A stretch of DNA of 64,000 nt from Trypanosoma brucei (lineage: Eukaryota), in the NCBI GenBank assembly GCA_000002445.1, contig CM000208.1, forward strand, positions 1,312,001 through 1,376,000. The letters are read 5' to 3'. Numbering within the stretch: position 1 is the first letter of the stretch; the number at the start of each line of letters is the position of its first letter. Made by a program: the position numbers and the translations under genes. The notes beneath the pieces are model-generated. The model ran no database searches. It was given only the letters and a program-made list of their open reading frames with translations, and had not been told where the DNA came from. Positions 49,681 to 57,957 of this stretch are shown in pieces.

Positions 49681-52600
49681 ATGCGTGTGACATGTGTAGT
49701 TGCTTGCGGCTTACGCTCTAGTAGTTCCGACCTGAAGCGGCGGCGAATACGTCAGTTGGAGCGGCAATATGGTCCCGCGTGGCGCTACACTGCAGGGTGG
49801 ACATCGCAACTGTCGCCAGTGGGTATGTTTGACGCATTGGAAGTTCCGGTTTTTCCACCAAACGTGGTGCAAACGCGTGAATTAGATCACGTGGGATGCG
49901 CTAGTGCACCGCGCACTACCGTGGTGTCAAGGGGCCTCGTACAAAACGGAAACCCTAGAGTAAAAGATTCACAACCAACTTCAGTTTTAGACGAAAATAA
50001 CGCTTACTTCAATCCACAACATGATGCAGGTACAAGTTCGAGCGATGACCCCTTGTTCGAGTTTTTAAGGCATGATGATGAACACAGTGCCCTTCTGCTA
50101 GCCATGTGGACTTCCCTTTATCGGTGCTGCGTTCACGCATCCGAGTTGTCCGAGTTTCTTGCATTTCGTGTGCGGTGGTTTCTGCATCATCTCATTCATA
50201 TGCGTGCAACAGCAGCCGCGGTCCGATTTTATCATCGTTTACTGTTGTTGGGCGTACATCTTCAAAAGAAGGATGTGTCGTTGTTGCTTAGCAGTTTACC
50301 CTATGAGCATTACGTAGTGAATGTGGACTTTAAAGGTGAAAGCAAGAAGAAATGTAGCCGTTTTCGTACGATGCGACAGGCTGATACCACTCATGTAGAC
50401 AAAAAGAGTGCTACAAATGGTGATAAGGGAGGTACTGTTGTTTTTAGCGGTGATGGAGGAACTGTTGGTGAGGAGGAGCGTCTTCTGTTCGCTTCAACGA
50501 TAACGTCCACCGGAGCGGACACTTCTTGCGATACTAGTGCTAGAGTGTGCCCGGCAGGAGACACATGCGGGGTGGAGTCGGTTGATTTTGAGTTGACACC
50601 AGCGGGTAGCCGATACTTGCGAGACCAACCAGAATGGGTTAAGCGCTGGGTTCTTTATGAGGCATCCATGGGTAATATTGATCTCTACGATGAGGAGAAC
50701 GCCACCACCCTGCGCGCCGACAAATATGTTGATTCATCTTCCGTGGGATTAGATTGTGGTGATGAATGCACACCATCTGAGGTGAAATGGGCCGAAGGGT
50801 GTATCGATGTGGTTACCCTTCTTAATCATTTGATGCTTCTGCATGATGGAAATCATTTAATCCACAGAGAAACTAGAAAACGTCGAGTGAATGGTAAGGG
50901 AAGATCTGGCATAACTCTAAGAGGAGAAATGCAGCGACACTATTGGGCAGAGGCCCTCCAGATTGCAGGTGCATTCCTCAGTGCGCGCAGCTCAAGGGGA
51001 CGGGAGAGAAAAGCGGAAGAGGGACAATATGAAGTGGGTTGCAGCGTACCGCCTGAGTTCCGCAGTGAGTTGTGTCGTGCGTTAGTTGCCGCTGGCAGTT
51101 GGAAGGTGGCACTCCGATGGCTCAAAGTTGCTGAGCAGTACAGAGTGGGTTTCACGCATAGTGAGTACGCGAGGATTTTCCTTTGTCTTGCTGAGTCAGA
51201 GCCTTGGGAAACATCTCGTGCTGCGGAACGTTTTGTTGCTCGTAATATGATTCCTCTCTTGCCAGAAGAAACCGTATGTGGTTACGCGTCCCGCGCCATG
51301 TGGTTGGCACATGTTTGTTCCCAAAGGGATAATAGGGTGGAAGAATGTTTGGAATTGATGGAATCTACCTCCGGAAATCTCCCTGCGTGCGTAAAACAAA
51401 GTATAGTGTACATCAAGCTCGCTGCGTCATTACTTCGCGTTGATGCTGACAGGTTTTTTGCCGCTGCTGCGCTCCAACAGTTTGAAGCGGCTTCAATTCG
51501 CTTAGGTGTGTTTCATCCCGCGGCCGATCTATCGCAGCGGCATTCCCCTCCCATACAGTTGGTGACTAGGGATATGGCGAGCGCCGGGAGCGGCGCTCTT
51601 CTTACTGTTCAACTGCAGGATTCCTTTGTCTTAGTGTCCATAGCCCTTCCACGCGTTGTAGAACTTGTATCGGTCGCCGCTGCTTCGCAGGAGGATGAAG
51701 TGCAGCTGGCCACCCTTCTGGCTGACGTGCTGTACGGTCCCAATGGTTTGTGGAAGTTTTTTTCTGATGTATGCCTTGTGGGAGAAAGCAAGCAGTTAAC
51801 AAGTCACCGGACTTCAGAAGTCGTGCGAATTTCTTTGTACATGTCACTGTGTCTACTAAAAATTGGTGTTGCGCTTTGCCGGGTGGTTGGGCACGAGAGG
51901 CAAGGCGTTCAAGGAAATCCTCATTTGAGGGAAAAACATTTGACGCTTATATTGGGATTGCTTGAGGAGAGTCTTGGCGCCATTCCGGCGCGAAACGCTG
52001 TGGAGATCAAAGATCGACGGATCATGTTATCACTGGTAGCCACATCGGCCAAGCTAACTAAACATGTTTTTCGACAAATCGGTGTTTATCCCTGCAATGA
52101 GAAAGTTATTTTCGGCTCATTCAGCGAGGAAACTTCTGAAACTGTTGCTTTGATGCTCCGTATTCACGTGCTACTGTGGCGGCGCGTTAGTTCACTCCGT
52201 AGGCATCTTCAGCTTGCCGCAGGGTCGGCGTTGCGTGCTGTGTTCCGACCAACTAGTGAGTTGGGTAAGCACGTACGTGGGCATATACCCCGGCATCAAC
52301 AGCAGGAACTAGACTCGATGCTTGCTTATGGGCGACTACGGAAGTACGGAGAGCGTAGGGCGGGTGCAGCGATCGCGACAAAATCAAAATCGGAGGCGCG
52401 TGTGCATTCACCCGAGGATGTTGCGCGAATCAAGGCGGTCGCGAAAACGCACAGAGTTGTTTATGCATTGTCTCTTCAGCACGTAAACAACGGTGCGGCG
52501 CTCGAGCGTGACTTAATAACTTATCTCAGTAGGGCAAGTTGGGACGGTGCTCTTACGATGCTGCACGTTTCTCTTCACCACTTACGCCTTCCGCATGGTA

Positions 52601-53766
52601 CATTTGGTCTCCCCTTCTTTGCGGGTGTGTTGGCTCGTTTGTGTAAAGCACCCCACAGAACGAAGTCGCTCTGGTTTCAAGCAATTGGGGTGTACTGGGA
52701 CGCCGTGGAGCACGTCCCTCGCCCACACGTATCCGCCAATACAAGTCATGTTGTGGATAGTAAGAGCCAACTCCGCTTACACGAGAGGAATGTTCTAACA
52801 CAACTGCTACTGCCATTACTGCGCTTTAGCGTGTCGACAAGGCAAAAGGAAATGGGATGGTCGTGGATGAGGCGTTGGGACTTGATGCACAAATCAGATG
52901 AACGTGATGTGGAGTATGAAGCACTGAGCGTGTGGGCACGATCGGTGCTTGAGGACCGCTCGGCACTCAAGAGGTGTCAACGGCTGATGGAAAAATATCA
53001 ATATCAACACATGAGGCAAAAAAACCTACCGATGATACCACCGCTGGAAAATATTCTGTGCGACGTTGCAGTCAATCATGCTGATTGGTGTGCTGCTCTC
53101 CACGCACTGGAGACGGTGTTTTGGACACCACAGCGTGGAGGTGACTTCATCACGACACCACTCCCGCCGCGAGCGGCAACTGCGGTGCTTCGTATACTTT
53201 GCAAGGCACCCACGAACTTGTGCAATACGGCTCGCCGTCTCCGAGAGATTCAGGGAAGCTGCTGGGATTTACGTAGCGCCAACAGTCTGCTTCTATTGTT
53301 GGTAAGGCAGAGGCGTTGGCAGCTTGCATTGCAACACGTTGCTGAAATGCTTCCAGTTGTGCAGAACGGCCGCCAAAAGTCTGATGTGGTGGGTGGGAAT
53401 AGCGTCTTCGATATGTGCTTGGAGGGTGATGGCAAGACAGAGCAGGCTTTATTCCTAGTTCATGGGTTGCGGGCGTGCGCAAATGGAGGTCGTGCGGAGG
53501 AGGCAGCGACGTTGTATGACCTTGTTAAACAATTGGCTGGCTTGGAAGCGGTGGTTCGTGCTGCGGACATAAACGTTGAGAGTAGTGTAACCTATGCTCT
53601 AAAGCGGCCGGAAGACATGTTGTTTTTCATGTGCAACCAAACTGATCAACCACAAGATACACTGGCATGTGACGAAGATGAGCGAATGCGCATGCTAGTT
53701 GGACAAGCGCGTGTTTACTTTCTCCGAGCGATGACTAAGAAAACTCTGCGTTGCAACAGGCGATAA
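49681..53766 (+). CDS. Large hypothetical protein (about 1362 aa), R/S-rich presequence-like N-terminus, helical-repeat body
   Basis: The track ORF begins at a GTG at 49609; the first ATG is at 49681 (MRVTCVVACGLRSSSSDLKRRRIRQLERQ...). No catalytic motif recognised. The body is leucine- and arginine-rich helical sequence, possibly PPR/TPR-like. Confidence 0.5.
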   Translation: MRVTCVVACGLRSSSSDLKRRRIRQLERQYGPAWRYTAGWTSQLSPVGMFDALEVPVFPPNVVQTRELDHVGCASAPRTTVVSRGLVQNGNPRVKDSQPTSVLDENNAYFNPQHDAGTSSSDDPLFEFLRHDDEHSALLLAMWTSLYRCCVHASELSEFLAFRVRWFLHHLIHMRATAAAVRFYHRLLLLGVHLQKKDVSLLLSSLPYEHYVVNVDFKGESKKKCSRFRTMRQADTTHVDKKSATNGDKGGTVVFSGDGGTVGEEERLLFASTITSTGADTSCDTSARVCPAGDTCGVESVDFELTPAGSRYLRDQPEWVKRWVLYEASMGNIDLYDEENATTLRADKYVDSSSVGLDCGDECTPSEVKWAEGCIDVVTLLNHLMLLHDGNHLIHRETRKRRVNGKGRSGITLRGEMQRHYWAEALQIAGAFLSARSSRGRERKAEEGQYEVGCSVPPEFRSELCRALVAAGSWKVALRWLKVAEQYRVGFTHSEYARIFLCLAESEPWETSRAAERFVARNMIPLLPEETVCGYASRAMWLAHVCSQRDNRVEECLELMESTSGNLPACVKQSIVYIKLAASLLRVDADRFFAAAALQQFEAASIRLGVFHPAADLSQRHSPPIQLVTRDMASAGSGALLTVQLQDSFVLVSIALPRVVELVSVAAASQEDEVQLATLLADVLYGPNGLWKFFSDVCLVGESKQLTSHRTSEVVRISLYMSLCLLKIGVALCRVVGHERQGVQGNPHLREKHLTLILGLLEESLGAIPARNAVEIKDRRIMLSLVATSAKLTKHVFRQIGVYPCNEKVIFGSFSEETSETVALMLRIHVLLWRRVSSLRRHLQLAAGSALRAVFRPTSELGKHVRGHIPRHQQQELDSMLAYGRLRKYGERRAGAAIATKSKSEARVHSPEDVARIKAVAKTHRVVYALSLQHVNNGAALERDLITYLSRASWDGALTMLHVSLHHLRLPHGTFGLPFFAGVLARLCKAPHRTKSLWFQAIGVYWDAVEHVPRPHVSANTSHVVDSKSQLRLHERNVLTQLLLPLLRFSVSTRQKEMGWSWMRRWDLMHKSDERDVEYEALSVWARSVLEDRSALKRCQRLMEKYQYQHMRQKNLPMIPPLENILCDVAVNHADWCAALHALETVFWTPQRGGDFITTPLPPRAATAVLRILCKAPTNLCNTARRLREIQGSCWDLRSANSLLLLLVRQRRWQLALQHVAEMLPVVQNGRQKSDVVGGNSVFDMCLEGDGKTEQALFLVHGLRACANGGRAEEAATLYDLVKQLAGLEAVVRAADINVESSVTYALKRPEDMLFFMCNQTDQPQDTLACDEDERMRMLVGQARVYFLRAMTKKTLRCNRR

Positions 53767-54568
53767 CGGTAATATCGACTTTTGTATAAATATGAAATGA
53801 ATCGTATCGACATCTGCTCCCTTTTATTTTTTTCATACATGCATAATCCGGATAAATATTCCGTAACCTAGCTTTTAGGTGGTTATTGTCTTGTTTATCG
53901 TTCTTAATTATTTTTTTCGTGACAGCGTGTTGACGGACTAAAGCGCTTGCGTACGTCTGCCGTTGCAACTGTTCAAACTAGGACTATTGTCCCTCTTTGT
54001 GATAAATACACCGGTACGTGAGAAAAAACAAAAAAAGAGGAGGGGCTTGGGGCGGTTGTGAGATGGTAAATTTGCCAGCAGTCGTTTGGCAACAATTATT
54101 TTACCATGATGTAAATCTTTACGTCCTCACTTGCCTCTTCATCTATGTTTTGGGTGCGCGCTGTGTGTTTGTGCGCGTACGTGGCACCACAACCCTCGGT
54201 TTGAGATACTCACATTGTTTTCTACTCTTTGTTGGTATATTTGCGTACATATTCTGGTTTCTTTTTTTTTTCCTCTTCGCCTCCCACGTACGTGGATGTG
54301 CGTGTTACATGCTGAGCGCGCGTTTCATATCCTCTTCAACCACTTTTTTATTTTTGTGCTGCAGCAAGGTAAAGCACACGGGGCAACTAAGGAGGGAAAG
54401 TTGGGAAAGGCAACTGTTGTGAGCATAAGAGGGAGAACGGGCAGGGCCAGCACAAGTTCACCGACCCTTCACAGTTTCTCCCACCATTGCATCGATTTAC
54501 CGTAGATTTAAGAGTGGATTATCAATTAATAAAAGGCAGGACGGGAAATATTTCATTAGACGTATTAC

Positions 54569-55414
54569 ATGGCACAGTCTTTGGTGTGGCGGTACTTGGG
54601 ACCGGAGGACACGCATCGGTGTCTCGATGCGCCTGATGTGCCTTCTGTTCGGAACCTGTTGGTTGAAATTGACGACGGAATGGATGGAAAGCTTATCAAC
54701 TGTCGCAACTACAATAAGGGGCAGCTGATGATTGTGCTAGACATGCTTGCGCATCTAATTGTGTTCACTAAAACATGTTCCATGTCGCTAGAGAAGGTTA
54801 GTACAATTGTGGGTATTATGCTGGAGTTGCACCGAGAGAGCATGTCGAATCAGTATACACGATCCCAATCGTATCACCGACTGCGTGAGCTGATGCTACT
54901 CCACAGTGTTCCCCGCCCACCGTTCTCATGTGGCATCTTTAGTGTGGCGGATGTACAGCATATAGACGAATATCTCTTATTGTCTTATTTCCGCCATTAC
55001 AAAATGTATGTGTACGCTTTCGTGCCTCAGCGTTTAGCGAATATTCACAGCGTTTCCGTCGGGCACAACCACTGTGTACCTCCTTTAGGACTCCCCGCCC
55101 TTACGACAGCGACGCCACGGGCAGAATGGATAGCGAAAGTGGAAGACACACACCGACAGATGGAGGAACGGCAGATGGAAGTGGAGGATGTGCGGTCTGC
55201 TGAATACGAGGAAGAATGGTTGAAACACCGCTACCTTAACGGCACGCACTACAGCGAGGGGTTGAGGGAACAGCTGCAGAGTATAAAGAGGGATGTTTCT
55301 GATAAAGCACTCAACCAACTGGATTTGATTGAGGCGCGTCTGGTGGAAATAGAGAAGAAGGTGGAGATAGTGCAGCAGCGACAGGATGGGAAGGGTGGTA
55401 AGCGAAAAAAATAG
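54569..55414 (+). CDS. Hypothetical protein (281 aa) with C-terminal coiled coil and a basic tail
   Basis: ATG at 54569. C-terminus: EDTHRQMEERQMEVEDVRSAEYEEEWLKHRY...LDLIEARLVEIEKKVEIVQQRQDGKGGKRKK. Codon usage is consistent with its neighbours. Confidence 0.4.
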   Translation: MAQSLVWRYLGPEDTHRCLDAPDVPSVRNLLVEIDDGMDGKLINCRNYNKGQLMIVLDMLAHLIVFTKTCSMSLEKVSTIVGIMLELHRESMSNQYTRSQSYHRLRELMLLHSVPRPPFSCGIFSVADVQHIDEYLLLSYFRHYKMYVYAFVPQRLANIHSVSVGHNHCVPPLGLPALTTATPRAEWIAKVEDTHRQMEERQMEVEDVRSAEYEEEWLKHRYLNGTHYSEGLREQLQSIKRDVSDKALNQLDLIEARLVEIEKKVEIVQQRQDGKGGKRKK

Positions 55415-55838
55415 GGGTGCCGGCACCTGGTTTTCTCTTCCTCTTCTTCTCTTACTCACTTGTACGCACAGCATGGATAACCCAAAGTGCATGTGGTTCA
55501 TATCAAAGTATCCGGACCACAAAGGGATGGTTGTTGGTGTGTGGTGGTGCTATGTATAAAGTAGAAGGTTTTTTTGGTTGTTTATTTCATCTGTTTTGCT
55601 CGGATGGACAATCGTTGGATTCAACGTTGGCCCCGGGTGCTGGTAAAGCCAAGGTACAGTGTACACTGCGCAAGGAACCACGAACTTCAGTGTTCACTTA
55701 CCTCCCACCACATATTATGTTTTACTCCCCTCCTCTCCTCTCTTCCCCATTGTTATTAACCTTAATTTTCATGTGTTTTTTCTCTTAACTATTCAAATAT
55801 CATGAGGTACTGCTGGCAATTTGAAGTAAGGCATTACC

Positions 55839-57455
55839 ATGGAGCGCGGAGGGCGCTGCCTCTTCAGGAGGTGGAGTACCCGCGCATTGCCCTCCGTGTC
55901 TCACACACTACGATGTCGTGGAACAATTTCTAACTCAGGTGGGGAGGGAAATGATGCAATCGCTGAACCTCGTCGCGTGCGTCTGGTGCCGTCTGCACCT
56001 CATGGGAACAATTCTTCGGAGCTATTTTCTGTCGGTGTGGATCCCAGAAGTCATACATGTGATCCCGATGATCCATATTCCCACATCCAAATATACAGAA
56101 AGGACATGGTAGCGGACGCCGGTGGTCGAGCGTTTCAACTAAGTGTTGATGTTCCGTTGAAAAAATTTGTGGACCTCTTCAGTGATTTCGATGGAAAACG
56201 TTGTAAGCTCTGCAACGAAAGCTACATGCAGTGGCATAGTCATAGCAGTGTTATTCCCCACTCAGGGAGGGAGGCACTTATGCTTGAGATGGTCCGTGCA
56301 TACTGCGGCCTACCGGAGGATATTGCAAAAATGTGGTGGCATCGACTCAATACGTCGCCCGCGTTCAATCGCATCCCGAAACTGAGTCATGACAATAGTC
56401 ACACCAGAAAGCGCAGGTTACAGTACCTTCTGAAATTTCTGAAAGATAGGGACGTGATCCGCGACACATTCAACGTTCACAACAGCTCTGGAACTGCTGG
56501 TCGTTCGTGGGAATTCGAACGTCTCGAATGGATTGGGGATAATGTTGTGAAGTATGTGTTTAACGATCGGTTTAATGTCATATTTCCTGTGCGTGAGGGC
56601 GGTATTCGGGGCCGATTGGGGTACGCGCAATTTATGATAGATGGCAATGATGGCTTGGCACGCGCCTATGACTACTTGGAGCTTCAGAAGCTGACTCTAA
56701 GTGACCGGGTTGTGAGCAAATTCAAGAGCGATGTGGTGGAGACATTGTTTGGTGAACTTCAGCTTTATATTTGGTCTTCAGAGACGGACGCCGGCACTAC
56801 CTGTTACCCACTTCCATTTACTGGCGAGATGTTTTCCCTTCGTGCTCTCGTGTGGCACGTGATGGAGGAGTTGGCACATGTAATGTTTATGTATCACGTG
56901 GAACACGCGCTTGCGGCTATTCAGCGTGTTGTAAGGGAAAATCAACTGCAATTTATCCGTGCAGATCCTGCACTGCGCGGTCATGCGGACCTGCAGAGTG
57001 AGTTGGCAAACACGGTTTACGCTAAAAAAGCTGCGTCTGGGCCAAGCAAACTCACGTCGACAAAAGTGTCTCCTGGTGCCCGTTTCAGGGACGGTGGTGC
57101 CTCGTTTTACCACGAAGCATCGAACTATGATGGTTTCAAACGTGTGTGCACTCTTGGGGGTCTCCTGCCCCGACCATTTTCACCCCGTGAGTTGACGTCC
57201 ACAACGTCTTTTCTTCCTCATTTGCAGGAAGACAGTGCGATGACACGCCGAGTGCCTGTGGACTGGACACGTAAACTTTTTGACGATTGCACTGGCAACG
57301 CCACGAAGAAGCCCGGAGCCCCCAACTTTTTACCATGGCAGGCCGTCACGCTACAGCCCCGTTCCCGTTGTTCTGCAGAGGAGGCTGGACGGTCAACTTC
57401 ACGCCTGGGTATTCCTGAATTGAAGGACGCACTACTAGTGGCCGAATTAGTTTAG
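55839..57455 (+). CDS. RNA-editing endonuclease-like protein: U1-type zinc finger plus RNase III domain (538 aa); KREN2/KREPB3-like, paralog of 17493..19283
   Basis: ATG at 55839. R-rich presequence-like N-terminus (MERGGRCLFRRWSTRALPSVSHTLRCRG). Zinc finger CKLCNESYMQWHSH. RNase III signature FERLEWIGDNVVKYVF. Shares ...LFGELQ...W... blocks with the 596-aa paralog. Confidence 0.7.
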   Translation: MERGGRCLFRRWSTRALPSVSHTLRCRGTISNSGGEGNDAIAEPRRVRLVPSAPHGNNSSELFSVGVDPRSHTCDPDDPYSHIQIYRKDMVADAGGRAFQLSVDVPLKKFVDLFSDFDGKRCKLCNESYMQWHSHSSVIPHSGREALMLEMVRAYCGLPEDIAKMWWHRLNTSPAFNRIPKLSHDNSHTRKRRLQYLLKFLKDRDVIRDTFNVHNSSGTAGRSWEFERLEWIGDNVVKYVFNDRFNVIFPVREGGIRGRLGYAQFMIDGNDGLARAYDYLELQKLTLSDRVVSKFKSDVVETLFGELQLYIWSSETDAGTTCYPLPFTGEMFSLRALVWHVMEELAHVMFMYHVEHALAAIQRVVRENQLQFIRADPALRGHADLQSELANTVYAKKAASGPSKLTSTKVSPGARFRDGGASFYHEASNYDGFKRVCTLGGLLPRPFSPRELTSTTSFLPHLQEDSAMTRRVPVDWTRKLFDDCTGNATKKPGAPNFLPWQAVTLQPRSRCSAEEAGRSTSRLGIPELKDALLVAELV

Positions 57456-57957
57456 TGATTACATTCCCTACTTTCCGGCTGGCAAAGTCTGCGTATGTGT
57501 GTGGTGAAGATAAGATGTTGTTTGTTTGAGCAAACTTTATACCGTGGTGCGGGAGATCACGACGCCTCGTGTTTATCGTTGCTACCGTTTGCACTCGTTT
57601 CCCTATGTGATTGGAGTCATGCAAGGCGTTTATCAACTGTCAAGTAAACACCACCTACGCCCAAAGCCCCCTTGATGTCCCCCCTTTCTTCTTTATGTTC
57701 ATGTGCCACCGGGTGTGCATCCATTTGCACGCGACGATTTCAAGACAACGGTAACAGTAGCAACAGCTTTATACACCAAAGTGAGAGAAGGTGCATTACA
57801 GGGAAAGGAAGGTAAGGAAACGTTTGATAGATTAATTAGGGCTGCGCGAGAGATTTATTTTTGTCATTTAGCGAGTGCTGAATCCGTGGTACAACTTTGA
57901 TCGTCCAGAGGGAAGTACCAGGCGGATAAATATACGTTTCTTAAATTTTGGTATTAT

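Noticed and set aside
54018-54505. Two overlapping ORFs (134 and 124 aa) between the 1385-aa gene and the 281-aa gene
   Set aside because: They are translations of a T-rich intergenic tract (FFFLF-type). They have atypical codon usage and overlap each other in different frames.
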